A DNA stretch of 64,000 nt from Cyanobacteriota bacterium (lineage in GTDB: Bacteria; Cyanobacteriota; Cyanobacteriia; Cyanobacteriales; Nostocaceae): assembly GCA_046045965.1 (NCBI GenBank), contig JBJOKS010000003.1, positions 64,001-128,000 on the forward strand, given 5' to 3'. Under the pieces are notes generated by a model. That model saw only the letters and a program-made list of their open reading frames with translations, did no database searches and was not told the origin of the DNA. Shown here piece by piece: positions 43,390 through 54,700 of this stretch (position 1 is the first letter of the stretch; each line of letters starts with the position of its first letter). The translations under genes were made by a program, and so were the position numbers.

Positions 43390-43549
43390 ATGTGATTATT
43401 TACTGTAGCCCAATTATAGGTGATGATTCAGAATGGATATAGGATACCATTCCCGACTGAAAAGATTAAATTTAAATAGGTAGCTCTTAAACAGTAAAAA
43501 AGCTCATTGTCTAACCAAGCGCGTAAACCAAGAAAGGAAAAACAAAGTT

Positions 43550-44326
43550 ATGGGATTATTTGATCGCATTAAAAGAGTTGTTGGTGCTAATGTTAACGAT
43601 TTGATCAACAAAGCTGAAGATCCAGAAAAAATGCTAGAACAAGCTATCCTGGAGATGCAGGAAGACTTGGTACAGCTGCGTCAGGGGGTGGCTCAGGCGA
43701 TCGCCGCCCAAAAACGCACGGAGAAACAGTATAATGATGCTGTAAATGAAGTCAATAAGTGGGATCGCAATGCCAGACTAGCTATACAAAAAGGTGATGA
43801 AAACCTAGCACGTCAAGCATTGGAGCGCAAGAAAAGTTTTAATGATACCGCTACAGCCCTAAAAACCAGCCTGGATCAGCAAAATATTCAGGTAGACAGC
43901 ATCAAGAAGAATTTAATCCAGCTAGAGAGCAAAATTTCTGAAGCCAAAACTAAGAAAGAAATGCTCAAAGCGCGAATTACTGCTGCTAAAGCTCAAGAGC
44001 AAATCGGATCAATGGCGCGTGGTATGAATAGCAGCGGTGCTATGGCTGCTTTTGAGCGCATGGAAGAAAAGGTATTAATGCAAGAAGCCCGCGCTCAGTC
44101 TACCGCAGAATTAGTAGGTGCAGATTTGGAAACCCAATTTGCTCAATTGGAAGGTAGTAGCGATGTGGATGATGAATTGGCAGCTTTGAAGGCAAGTATG
44201 CTACCACCAGCAACTCCTGTTAGTCAACCGCAATTACCCCCAGAACAACCAACTAGCAAGGCTAAACCTGCTGAACCGGTAGATTCTGATTTGGAAGACC
44301 TGAAGAGACAATTAGATCAATTGTAA
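43550..44326 (+). CDS. vipp1: Vipp1/IM30 thylakoid membrane remodelling protein
   Basis: MGLFDRIKRVV, AEDPEKMLEQ, C-terminal extra helix VDSDLEDLKRQLDQL. Confidence 0.92.
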   Translation: MGLFDRIKRVVGANVNDLINKAEDPEKMLEQAILEMQEDLVQLRQGVAQAIAAQKRTEKQYNDAVNEVNKWDRNARLAIQKGDENLARQALERKKSFNDTATALKTSLDQQNIQVDSIKKNLIQLESKISEAKTKKEMLKARITAAKAQEQIGSMARGMNSSGAMAAFERMEEKVLMQEARAQSTAELVGADLETQFAQLEGSSDVDDELAALKASMLPPATPVSQPQLPPEQPTSKAKPAEPVDSDLEDLKRQLDQL

Positions 44327-44351
44327 CTTTTGCAAACAACACATTTTAGAG

Positions 44352-44380
44352 CATCCCACGCCTCTTGGTGGTGGGATTTT
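44352..44380 (+). terminator. Rho-independent terminator after vipp1
   Basis: ATCCCAC...GTGGGAT stem followed by TTT. Confidence 0.55.
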
Positions 44381-44449
44381 GCTTCCTTGGGGACTGGGGA
44401 CAAATCAAGTCAAAAGTCAAAAATCAAAAGTCAAAATCAAAGAACTCCT

Positions 44450-44475
44450 GTACGGGCGAACGGCCGTTCGCCTCT
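44450..44475. repeat. REP-like perfect palindrome GGCGAACGGCCGTTCGCC with GTAC 5' end
   Basis: 18-bp perfect palindrome at 44455-44472. Confidence 0.7.
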
Positions 44476-44547
44476 TCTGACTCCTTTTACGATACAGTAA
44501 ATTAATTGTGTGTCCACTTGGAACGATGCCACCTAATGGAGACTTTA

Positions 44548-44883
44548 ATGAGTAAGGGTGTAATCACTATCACTGATGCTGATTTTGAAACTGAAGTTTT
44601 AAAAGCCGAGCAGCCTGTATTAGTTTACTTTTGGGCTTCCTGGTGTGGTCCTTGTCAATTGATGTCGCCAGTGATTAATGTAGCTGCTACTAAGTACAGC
44701 GATCGCTTGAAAATTGTGAAAATGGAAATTGACCCTAACCCCGTAACTGTCAAACAGTATCAGGTGGAAGGTGTCCCTGCACTCAGGTTAATTAAAGAAA
44801 ACCAACTTTTAGAATCGACTGAGGGAGTTATCAGCAAAGATAAATTACTCAGTCTCTTGGATACGCATTTAAATAGTAATTAG
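44548..44883 (+). CDS. Thioredoxin
   Basis: WCGPC active site; GGAG RBS before ATG 44548. Confidence 0.93.
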   Translation: MSKGVITITDADFETEVLKAEQPVLVYFWASWCGPCQLMSPVINVAATKYSDRLKIVKMEIDPNPVTVKQYQVEGVPALRLIKENQLLESTEGVISKDKLLSLLDTHLNSN

Positions 44884-44914
44884 TCAATGGTCAGGTACTG
44901 GGGACTGGGAAGAA

Positions 44915-45078
44915 AGCAGGGGGAGCAGGGGAGGCAGGGGAGGCAGGAGAGGCAGGGGGAGATTAATAACCCAATGCCCAATGCCCAATGCCCAATGCCC
45001 AATACCCAATACCCAATGCCCAATACCCAATGCCCAATACCCAATGCCCAATGCCCAATGACTAATGACCAATGACCA
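44915..45078. repeat. 9-mer (GGCAGGGGA)n and STRR (CCCAATG/CCCAATA)n arrays
   Basis: Tandem repeats in the trx-aminotransferase spacer. Confidence 0.9.
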
Positions 45079-45085
45079 AGGACTA

Positions 45086-46282
45086 ATGGCTAAGATGCAA
45101 TTTGCACAGCGTTTACAACCCCTACAATCTAATGTATTTGCGGATATGGACAGAGCCAAGGCTGTAGCTGTGGCTGCTGGAAGAGAATTAATTGATTTGT
45201 CTTTGGGATCTTCTGATTTACCAGCAGAGAATCATGTGATTGATGCGATCGCTAAATCTCTCTATGACCCCAGCACTCATGGTTATTTGCTGTTTCGCGG
45301 TACTCAAAGATTTCGCCAAGCTGCGGCTCAATGGTATGAGCAGAAATTTAGTATTAAAGTTGACCCAGAAACTGAAGTTTTACCTTTGATTGGTTCTCAG
45401 GAAGGAACTGCCCATTTACCTTTAGCAATCCTCAATCCTGGCGATTTTGCCTTATTATTAGACCCTGGTTATCCTTCCCATGTGGGAGGAGTTTATTTAG
45501 CTAGTGGGCAAATTTACGCAATGCCATTAAAGGCAGAAAATAATTTTTTACCCGTGTTGGCTGATATTCCCGCTTCAGTTTTAGCTCAGTCACGGATGAT
45601 GGTGTTGAGCTATCCCCATAATCCTACCAGTGCGATCGCTCCTTTATCTTTTTTTAAGGAAGCTGTAGCTTTCTGTCAAAAGCACAACATTGTTTTAGTC
45701 CATGATTTCCCCTACGTAGATTTAGTTTTCACTGAGGATGAAACTTTCAATCCAAAATCTCTCGTTCCCTCAATTCTGCAAGCTGATCCAGAAAAAAGCG
45801 TTTCTATTGAATTTTTCACCCTGTCCAAATCTTACAATATGGGTGGTTTCCGCATAGGTTATGCGATTGGTAATGCTCAATTAATTCAAGCTTTAAGGCA
45901 GGTAAAAGCAGCGGTTGACTTTAATCAGTATTTGGGAATTTTAAACGGGGCGATCGCCGCACTCACAGGAAATCAAGATGGCGTTAAAGTCGCGGTTGAT
46001 ACCTTTCGTCAACGTCGTGACACTTTCATAAATGCCCTGCATCGCATTGGTTGGAACGTCCCCACACCGGAAGCGACAATGTACATTTGGGCAAAATTAC
46101 CAGATCCTTGGAGTAACAATTCCATTAAATTCTGCACTGAGCTAGTAAAACAAACAGGTGTCGCTGCTTCCCCTGGTGCTGGTTTTGGTCAAGCGGGAGA
46201 AGGATATGTACGGTTTGCTTTGGTACAGGAACCACCTATATTAGAAATTGCGGTAGATAGAATTGCTGAGTTTCTTAAATAA
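45086..46282 (+). CDS. PLP-dependent class I/II aminotransferase (LL-DAP aminotransferase-like)
   Basis: [45 protein letters not shown]. Confidence 0.9.
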   Translation: MAKMQFAQRLQPLQSNVFADMDRAKAVAVAAGRELIDLSLGSSDLPAENHVIDAIAKSLYDPSTHGYLLFRGTQRFRQAAAQWYEQKFSIKVDPETEVLPLIGSQEGTAHLPLAILNPGDFALLLDPGYPSHVGGVYLASGQIYAMPLKAENNFLPVLADIPASVLAQSRMMVLSYPHNPTSAIAPLSFFKEAVAFCQKHNIVLVHDFPYVDLVFTEDETFNPKSLVPSILQADPEKSVSIEFFTLSKSYNMGGFRIGYAIGNAQLIQALRQVKAAVDFNQYLGILNGAIAALTGNQDGVKVAVDTFRQRRDTFINALHRIGWNVPTPEATMYIWAKLPDPWSNNSIKFCTELVKQTGVAASPGAGFGQAGEGYVRFALVQEPPILEIAVDRIAEFLK

Positions 46283-46353
46283 TTATGTAATTGGACTGAG
46301 AAGGACAAAGCAACTCTTCAACTCAGAACATTCTTAAACTCAACTCTAAAAAA

Positions 46354-47253
46354 ATGAAAAATAGTTTTGCTACTTTTGTTATCAGTGCATCAATGGCTAT
46401 GGGTATGGGTGCAGTTGCAGCTAACCCAGCACAAGCAGGAAGCTTAACTGGTATTACTATTGGTGGAACAGCAGCAAGTGATTATTTAGTTTATGGATCG
46501 GATGGTACTAACACCTTTCTTGTACCTAATACTCCGGGAAATGTTGCAGCAGCTTTAACTGGTGATGCTGGAAACCCTACTGGTAATGTAGAGTTAAGAG
46601 CCAGCAGTGAACAATTATCTGGTTTTGATTTCAACAATAACACCACATTGTCAGGGCAAATTGGTGGTCAAGATATTACCTTGAGCAGTTTAACATTTGC
46701 AGACTGGTTTAGCACTGATTCAGGAATTAATACATCCTATGGAGCAAATAACCTGGCTAATAGATGGTTTAACGATTTTTGGGTAGCAGCTGGTCAAGTT
46801 ACTGATGACGGTTTACAAGCAACTGCATTTAACACATTCTTGGGAATAAATGGTTTTCAACGTACCAGCGACCCTAATATATCTTACGTTAACCAAGATC
46901 ACAACACAGGCTTAATTAGGATTGGTTTAGCAGGTCATTTGAATTTGAAAGCTGCTTATTTACAGTCCGGTTTTAGTACATTTGCACAACTTTTACCCGA
47001 TGGATTCCAAGCCAGTGAAGTGGTCAAATACACCTATAATGGAGTTACAGACTATCTGTACAGTTTTACCGCTACCAATTCGGGTTTAGTTTCCGATGAT
47101 GGTACTAACTCCCACAATGGTAATTATGAAGTCACCATCCAAGGTGTACCTACAGCTAAAACACCTGAACCTTCTGTAGTTCTGGGTATGTTAGGAGTAG
47201 CTGGTATAGTAGCTGCTCAACGCAAGCTCAAAAAAGCAGCTGTTTCCGACTAA
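46354..47253 (+). CDS. PEP-CTERM exosortase-target surface protein
   Basis: Signal peptide ending PAQA; C-terminal TPEPS, TM segment, then RKLKK. Confidence 0.9.
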   Translation: MKNSFATFVISASMAMGMGAVAANPAQAGSLTGITIGGTAASDYLVYGSDGTNTFLVPNTPGNVAAALTGDAGNPTGNVELRASSEQLSGFDFNNNTTLSGQIGGQDITLSSLTFADWFSTDSGINTSYGANNLANRWFNDFWVAAGQVTDDGLQATAFNTFLGINGFQRTSDPNISYVNQDHNTGLIRIGLAGHLNLKAAYLQSGFSTFAQLLPDGFQASEVVKYTYNGVTDYLYSFTATNSGLVSDDGTNSHNGNYEVTIQGVPTAKTPEPSVVLGMLGVAGIVAAQRKLKKAAVSD

Positions 47254-47305
47254 TATTCTGATTTTCTAAGAAAACATAGTCAATTTTAACGGACTTTAGT
47301 TGTAA

Positions 47306-47615
47306 TACCATTTCTTTATGAGGCTGCACCGAATTTCCTAACCCAATACTTTTCGGTTAAGCCCAAAAAATATAATGATGTAGGTTGGGTTGACGATAGG
47401 AAAACCAACATTTACAAGGGTTTGTTGGGTTTCACTTTGTTCAACCCAACCTACGAAAACTCTTAACCGAACAGTATTGTTTCCTAACCTTGTCTTTCCT
47501 TCTCTGTGTCGCGCCAGTTGCTACAAGTCGGGGAACCCGCCCATCGCACTGGCTTCTCTGCGTCTCTGCGGTTAGTTTATCTTTAAATTGAGTGCATCTT
47601 TATACAGAATTGGTA
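47306..47615. mobile_element. Outer MITE-like element interrupted by the 136-bp MITE
   Basis: Imperfect TIRs (ATACCATTTCTTTATGAGGCTGCAC vs reverse complement ATACCAATTCTGTATAAAGATGCAC, 20/25); TAA at 47303-47305 and 47616-47618. Confidence 0.6.
47344..47479. mobile_element. 136-bp MITE, copy 2
   Basis: Same TIRs as 6077-6212; 10-bp TSD TTTCCTAACC at 47334-47343 and 47480-47489. Confidence 0.9.
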
Positions 47616-47647
47616 TAAGATAGGGAATTTATTCCTTGGTCTGCTGC

Positions 47648-47778
47648 TAAGTAGGTAGGCGTTAAAAATTGTCGTTATGACAAGGCAGGAGGCAGGAGGC
47701 AGCTATGCTGGAGGGAAGAGGTTTTTAGTAATTTTACATTTTTTTACATACCTTGGTTTTTTCGTGCCGACTTACTTA
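47648..47778. mobile_element. ~130-bp MITE-like element, copy 2
   Basis: TAAGTAGGTAGGCGTTAAAAA ... TTTTTTCGTGCCGACTTACTTA imperfect TIR; homologous to 41044-41163. Confidence 0.65.
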
Positions 47779-47838
47779 TATCAAAAATATTTCTTAAAAT
47801 AAAGAAGGGTATATTTGTAAAATTACCTAACTTTAACC

Positions 47839-49716
47839 GTGAAACTATCTTCATCAACAATACCATTAGTTAAAAACCCAGAGAAACTAGAAACCCGTTT
47901 AACAGAAATTCCCCCAGAACCGGGGGTTTATTTGATGCGAGATGGGAGCGATCGCATTATTTATATAGGTAAATCCCGCAAATTGCGATCGCGTGTCCGT
48001 TCCTATTTCCGTGATGACCGTAATAAAACGGAACGCATCAACACGATGGTTAAATTAGTGACAGAAATTGAATTTATTGTCACTGATACCGAAACAGAAG
48101 CATTAGCACTAGAAGCGAATTTAATTAAACAGCATCAACCTTATTTTAATGTCTTACTGAAAGACGATAAAAAATATCCTTATGTCTGCATTACTTGGTC
48201 AGAACAATATCCGCGCATTTTTATTACCCGTAAACGTCAGTTAGGAAAAGCCAAAGATAAATATTATGGACCCTATACAGATTCAGGTTTGTTGCGGGAA
48301 ATTGTCCATTTGTGTAAACGCATATTTCCTCAAAAACAAAGACCACAACCTTTATTTAAAGATCGTCCTTGTTTAAATTATGATATTGGTCGTTGTCCTG
48401 GTGTTTGTCAAAAATTGATTTCTCCTGAAGAATACCGTCAAATCGTCCAAAAGGTAGCAATGGTATTTCAAGGAAGAACTCAGGAACTAATTGATATTTT
48501 AACAGCACAAATGCAAGCTGCGGCTGAAGAATTGAATTTTGAAACTGCGGCAAAAATTCGTGATCAAATTGTTGGTTTAAAATCCTTAACTGCACAACAA
48601 AAAGTATCTTTACCTGATGATACTGTATCACGAGATGCCATTGCTTTAGCGATGGATGATCAACACGCCTATATTCAATTATTTCAAATTCGTGCAGGTC
48701 AGTTAGTGGGAAGATTAGCTTTTGTTGCTAACTCTCACGCTGAACCTGGAGCGATTTTACAGAGAGTTTTAGAGGAACATTACCAAACTGCGGAAAGTGT
48801 AGAAATTCCCACAGAAATTTTGGTACAACATGAGTTACCAGATGGTGAAATTTTGGCGGATATTCTGACAGAAAACAAGGGTAGAAAAGTAAATATTATT
48901 ACACCTTTGCGACAAACAAAAGCCGAATTAATAGAAATGGTAGAACGTAACGCCCAATTTGAGTTACAAAGAATGCAAAAATTGGGTGATAGTAATCAAA
49001 AATCTTTGGCAGATTTAGCAGAGATTTTGGATTTATCGGAGTTACCTCACCGCATTGAAGGTTATGATATTTCTCACATTCAAGGTTCTAATGCGGTAGC
49101 TTCTCAAGTGGTATTTATTGATGGTTTACCAGCTAAACAATATTACCGTCATTATAAAATCAAAAATCCTGATGTTACTATCGGACATTCTGATGATTTT
49201 GCCAGTTTAGCAGAAGTGATTCACAGGCGGTTTAGGAAATATATTGAAGATCCAAAATTAGCAAGATTAGGAAATTCTGATTGGCCTGATTTAATTATGA
49301 TTGATGGTGGTAAAGGTCAATTATCTGCTGTTGTTAGTATTTTACAAGAAATGAATTTGTTAGCAGATTTACGAGTTGTGAGTTTAGCGAAAAAACGGGA
49401 AGAAATCTTTTTACCCGACTCATCTAAACCTTTGGAAACTAACGCAGAACAACCAGGAGTACAATTATTACGGAGGTTGCGAGATGAAGCACACAGATTT
49501 GCTGTTAGTTTCCATCGTCAACAAAGAAGTGATAAATTAAAAAGGTCGCGTTTAGATGAAATTCCCGGTTTAGGACAACATCGACAAAAATTATTATTAG
49601 CTCATTTTCGTTCTGTTGATTATATCCGTCAAGCTACACCACAACAATTAACTGAAGTTCCAGGAATTGGTTCACGGTTAGCGCAAGAAATTTATGATTA
49701 TTTTCATCCAAGTTGA
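47839..49716 (+). CDS. uvrC: Excinuclease ABC subunit C
   Basis: GIY-YIG (PGVYLM..IYIGKS), UVR motif, [25 protein letters not shown], HhH. Confidence 0.98.
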   Translation: MKLSSSTIPLVKNPEKLETRLTEIPPEPGVYLMRDGSDRIIYIGKSRKLRSRVRSYFRDDRNKTERINTMVKLVTEIEFIVTDTETEALALEANLIKQHQPYFNVLLKDDKKYPYVCITWSEQYPRIFITRKRQLGKAKDKYYGPYTDSGLLREIVHLCKRIFPQKQRPQPLFKDRPCLNYDIGRCPGVCQKLISPEEYRQIVQKVAMVFQGRTQELIDILTAQMQAAAEELNFETAAKIRDQIVGLKSLTAQQKVSLPDDTVSRDAIALAMDDQHAYIQLFQIRAGQLVGRLAFVANSHAEPGAILQRVLEEHYQTAESVEIPTEILVQHELPDGEILADILTENKGRKVNIITPLRQTKAELIEMVERNAQFELQRMQKLGDSNQKSLADLAEILDLSELPHRIEGYDISHIQGSNAVASQVVFIDGLPAKQYYRHYKIKNPDVTIGHSDDFASLAEVIHRRFRKYIEDPKLARLGNSDWPDLIMIDGGKGQLSAVVSILQEMNLLADLRVVSLAKKREEIFLPDSSKPLETNAEQPGVQLLRRLRDEAHRFAVSFHRQQRSDKLKRSRLDEIPGLGQHRQKLLLAHFRSVDYIRQATPQQLTEVPGIGSRLAQEIYDYFHPS

Positions 49717-49892
49717 AAAATAAACAATGCTGTATTATAACGGTGGAACACTAAGAAGTCGTTTTTTGTCATCCTGAATCTGAAGCGTGGAAATAGTCTA
49801 GCATAGCTATGTTGAGGACAGACTCTACCCAAACCTTGCGCTTTTCTGTATAACCCTAAGAGGTTGTTTGAAAACTTTACTTCTCAATTCTT

Positions 49893-51713
49893 TCACCACT
49901 GCTGATGCTGAGAAAGTAAATCTTCAACTAATCTACTTTCTAAAGGTTTTGCAAAAAAATAACCCTGTCCAAAATCACAATTTAAATCTCGTAAAAATTG
50001 CAGTTGATAAGCAGTTTCTATACCTTCGGCTACCACTTCGATTTTTAATTGTTCCGCTAAGGTAATAATTGCTTTTACTAATTCTATGTTATCACCATTT
50101 TCTTGAATTTGACTAATAAAAGAACGATCTATTTTTAGAACATCTACAGGAAAACGATATAAATAACTTAAAGAAGAATAACCTGTACCAAAGTCATCAA
50201 TACAAACTTGAATTTTGCGGCTTTTTAATGATTCTAAAATACCCTTGGCATATAAATCGTGTTCAATAATGGCATTTTCAGTTATTTCTATTTTTAAACA
50301 ATCATTTCTTAGCTGTGTCTTTTTTAAAATTTTCTCTATTTTTGTGATTAACTGAGTTTGGGAAAAATGTTTTGGTGACAAATTAATATTTAGTGTAAAA
50401 GGATAATTAAATTTTTCTTGCCAAGAATTAATTTGCTGACAGGCTTTTTTAAATACCCACAAGTCAAGTTGTAAAATTAATCCTGTTTCTTCAGCTATGG
50501 GGATAAATTCATTTGGTGTCATTAATCCCTGTTGAGGATGTTGCCATCTAATTAATGATTCAAAACCTGTTATATTACCTGTTTTCAAACTAATAATGGG
50601 TTGATAATAAATTACGAATTCTTCTTTTTCAATTGCTCGTCTCAAATCAGTTTCTAACTTTAATCTTTTGTTAGCATCTGTATACATTTGTTGATTAAAT
50701 AATTGATAACTCCCTCTGGCATTAGTTTTAGCTTGATATAATGCTATATCGGCATCTCGTAATAAATGGAAACAATTATTATAATTACTATTGCCAAGGA
50801 CAATACCTATACTCACATTAGTAAAAACTTCATGATCATCTAAATGAAAGGATGGTAAAAGTTCCTGGTGTATAGTTTGGGCAATATGAATAGCGTCTTG
50901 AGGGGAATTAATCTTTTCTAGCAGGATCACAAATTCATCTCCTCCAAACCGAGATAGAGTATTGCCAGGTTGTAAGCAAGATTCTAGACGACGTGACAAG
51001 GAAATTAGTAATTGATCACCAACTAAATGACCTAATGAATCATTAATGATTTTGAAGCGATCGCAATCTAAAAATAAGACAGCAAAAAGATAAGAAGGAT
51101 GTTGTTTACAAGCATTGACAATTTGTTCTAATCGATTCATTAACCAAGTACGATTAGGTAATTCTGTCAAAGGATCATGTAAGGCCATGTGCATTAATTT
51201 TTCTTGCACTTTTTGGCGTTCGGAGATTTCTTTTTCTAATTGGGTTGTGCGTTGAATAACCCGTAGTTCTAGTTCTTCATTGAGCTTTTTGATTTGTGCT
51301 TTAGCTAACTGAATTTGTAATTGATTATCAATCCTGGCTAAAACTTCTTCAAATTGAAATGGTTTAGTAATATAATCTACTCCCCCCACAGCAAAAGCTT
51401 TAACTTTATCTAAAGCTTCATCTAAAGCACTCAAAAAAATTACCGGAATATCTTTAGTTTGGGGATCAGATTTGAGTTGTTCACAAACTTCATAACCATC
51501 CATATCTGGCATTTTAATATCTAATAAAATCAAGTCAGGATGCGCCGAACGTGCCACTCGTAAAGCCATATTTCCGTTAGTGACACTACGAACTTTATAA
51601 CCTTGTTCATTTAATGTATGAGATAACACTCGTAGATTATCGGGAATATCATCCACAATTAAAATATTAGCTTTATAGTTTTCTAGTTGAAAGGAGGTCA
51701 TAGGATTACTCAA
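49893..51713 (-). CDS. Response regulator with GGDEF and EAL domains
   Basis: REC (ILIVDD, LLDIKMP, KPF); [28 protein letters not shown]. Confidence 0.95.
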   Translation of the reverse strand: MSNPMTSFQLENYKANILIVDDIPDNLRVLSHTLNEQGYKVRSVTNGNMALRVARSAHPDLILLDIKMPDMDGYEVCEQLKSDPQTKDIPVIFLSALDEALDKVKAFAVGGVDYITKPFQFEEVLARIDNQLQIQLAKAQIKKLNEELELRVIQRTTQLEKEISERQKVQEKLMHMALHDPLTELPNRTWLMNRLEQIVNACKQHPSYLFAVLFLDCDRFKIINDSLGHLVGDQLLISLSRRLESCLQPGNTLSRFGGDEFVILLEKINSPQDAIHIAQTIHQELLPSFHLDDHEVFTNVSIGIVLGNSNYNNCFHLLRDADIALYQAKTNARGSYQLFNQQMYTDANKRLKLETDLRRAIEKEEFVIYYQPIISLKTGNITGFESLIRWQHPQQGLMTPNEFIPIAEETGLILQLDLWVFKKACQQINSWQEKFNYPFTLNINLSPKHFSQTQLITKIEKILKKTQLRNDCLKIEITENAIIEHDLYAKGILESLKSRKIQVCIDDFGTGYSSLSYLYRFPVDVLKIDRSFISQIQENGDNIELVKAIITLAEQLKIEVVAEGIETAYQLQFLRDLNCDFGQGYFFAKPLESRLVEDLLSQHQQW

Positions 51714-54700
51714 TTTGGGTTAAATCAATAATCTTGTCATAGCGGAAATTCTTTACCAGGTCGGTGAGTGCGATCGCTAAAGGTTGTTTTTCTTGAGAAA
51801 TCTCCTCTAATAATCTCATAATCCAGTCTTCGTCAGCTTCATTTGCAGCCAAATAAAGCTGTTCAATCCATTCTCTAGGCATAACACTTAAACTACCAGG
51901 AGTCAGCATGAATAGCGAGTCTGAATGCGCGGATATTTCCGAAGTTTCAGATTCATAAATAAAGTTTAACCCTAAATGCTGTTGCATTTTTGCCCAAATA
52001 ATTTCCTCCCGAAAGGGTTTTCTGACAAAATCATCACAGCCAGAAGATAAAATCACAGATTTTTCATTATCAAAAACACTGGCAGTTAAAGCAATAATTA
52101 CAGTAGCTTGTCCGTGTAAATGAGATTTAATATATTGAGTGGCTTCATAACCATCCATTACAGGCATTCTCATATCCATCCAAATTAAATGAGGATGCCA
52201 ATTTTGCCAAATTTCTATAGCTGTTTTCCCGTTGTCTGCGGCTTGTACAGCAAATCCTACCAAGCTTAATAATTTAACTAAAAGTTGGCGGCTTTCTTCT
52301 CGATCTTCAACTACTAATATGCGATAATTTGGTTGGTTGGGTGCTAATCCAATCACTTTTTTACCTAGTTGATTGACTTTAATTTCTTTAGCATCTGCTA
52401 ACCGAATCGGCAGATAAAATTTAACAGTTGTTCCTTGTCCTATTTGACTACTCAGGTTAATTTTACCCCCCATTAATTCTACAAATCGCCGACAAATAGC
52501 TAAACCTAAACCTGTTCCTTCATTGGATTTATGACCTGATTTCGTTTGCACAAATGGCTCAAATACACTCTCAGTTTCATCTTCAGGAATACCACAACCA
52601 GTATCTTTAATTTCAAAGTAAAGAGGTAATAATGATGGGTTGTCATTAGTCATATTATTTTCATTAATAGTTACCCTTAAAGTCACCTCACCTTGTGCGG
52701 TGAATTTAATGGCATTGGATAATAAATTAATTAAAATCTGTCTAATTTTATTTTCATCCGTTTGAATATAACGAGGTAAATTATCATCAATTTTTACTTT
52801 TAATTGTAATCCTTTTGATTGTGCTTTTAAGTTAAACATTTCCTCCAATGAATTTAAAATTACCACCAAATCAAAACAGTTTTCATGAATAGCAATGCGT
52901 CCAGCATCTATTTTTGACATATCTAAAATATCATTAATTAAAGCTAACAAATGCTCACCACTGCGATTAATAATAGCTAAATTTTCCTGATGTTCTAGAG
53001 TTAATTGTTGATCTCGACTCATGATTTGTGTAAACCCTAAAATTGCATTTAGCGGTGTTCTTAACTCATGACTCATATTTGAAAGAAATTCACTTTTAGC
53101 ATGGTTAGCGGCATCTGCTAACTCTTTCGCTTGTTGTAAAGCTAACTCTGCACGTTTTCTTTCTTCAATTTCTTGCTGTAAAGCTTGGGTTCTTTCTTCA
53201 ACTTTTAGTTCTAGTGTTTGGGAATAATCTTGTAATTGTTTATAAAGTTGGGCATTTTCTAAAGAAATAGCAGCTTGGGAAGTAATCATTTGCAAAATTT
53301 CCAAGCGAGCTATAGTAAAAACTCCTGACGTTAAATTATTTTCTAAATACAAAATACCGTGTAATTTACCTTGATAGAGAATAGGAGTACACAAAACTGA
53401 TTTAGGTTGATAAGTACAAATATAATCATCACTATTAAAATTTGCATCTTGACTAGCATCCTCTAATAAAAGAGGTTGTTGACTCTGGACGACATAATTA
53501 ATAATAGATTTCGGTAAAATAATACAAAGAGGATGTTCTATTTTACAAATATCCTGAGAATAATGAATAAAAATTGGTGGTTGAGTAGTAGCTGGGGTGA
53601 TATCTGTTGTTTCTAATGCTTGAATAAACCAATTATCATCATGTTCTGAAGCAGGGGGAAGAATTAAATAACCTACTTCTGCTCCTGCATTTTCAATCAT
53701 GATTTTCATTAAATTATTTAACAAGCTTTCCAGTTGAATTTCACTAGATAAAGCTTGAGATGTTTTAATTGCACTGGTTAAATCTAATATTTTTGTATCA
53801 GTAAAAATTTTGGGAGTAGTGGTTAATTTGGATGACATAATCTCCACAGCATCTTGTTCCCAATATCCCTGATATTTTTGTCGTAAATGCTGGCATTTTC
53901 GGGTTGCACCCCAAGATTGATAAAAGTGATAAGCTGCACGTAAATACAGTCTAGCAAACTGCGGTTTACCTCGACTTATCCAAAATTCGGCTGCTAATTC
54001 ATTTCCTAACGCTGCGAGATGAATTAACTGGAATTTCTCAGCCAAAGCAATTGCTGAATCATATAAGTCTATGGCTATTAAATAATTCTGAAAAACTCGA
54101 TTTTTTTCTGCTAATAATAACTGATATGGTACTTGAAAGTTCTCTGGGCAATCTTTTGACCATATTTGCAATTTTTCTATACTTGTTTCAATTATTGGTA
54201 AATATTCTTGTTGATAGGTCGGTGAAGTATGATGATAAAGTTTTAATAAAGTCAACGGATAATAAAAGTAATATTGAGAGATAGGAAACATAATAATTCC
54301 CTCTGATAATTCTTGAGCATAAGTCACAAAAATTTCTTGAGCGGCTTGGTAATAACCATACAAATACAGCACCTGTCCAATTAAAATTGCATACCATGTT
54401 GAACCATTAATAAAATTATTTGCTTTCCAAAATTCGATAAATTGTTGAGCGTCTAATTCTTGATGAGCGAAACTAATTTCATCAGCCGTTTTACCTTGCA
54501 AATTCAGAATCACTAATTGCAATAATTGCAATATTTTTAACATTTTCATATCATTGGTTTGTTCCACAAACCCTATATACCTTTCTGACTCTTGAAATAC
54601 TTCTAATAAATTTTTACCACAGATAAATTGTGACCAAATTAAAAATACAGTAGCCCATACTCCAAAGACAATTTCTCCATTCTCTTGACAGCGTTGAATA

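Noticed and set aside
44884..45159. ORFs with HWALGIG or NAQCPMP repeats
   Set aside because: Translations of STRR heptamer arrays; the aminotransferase start was moved to 45086
47390..47575. 61-aa ORF
   Set aside because: Lies wholly within nested non-coding MITEs
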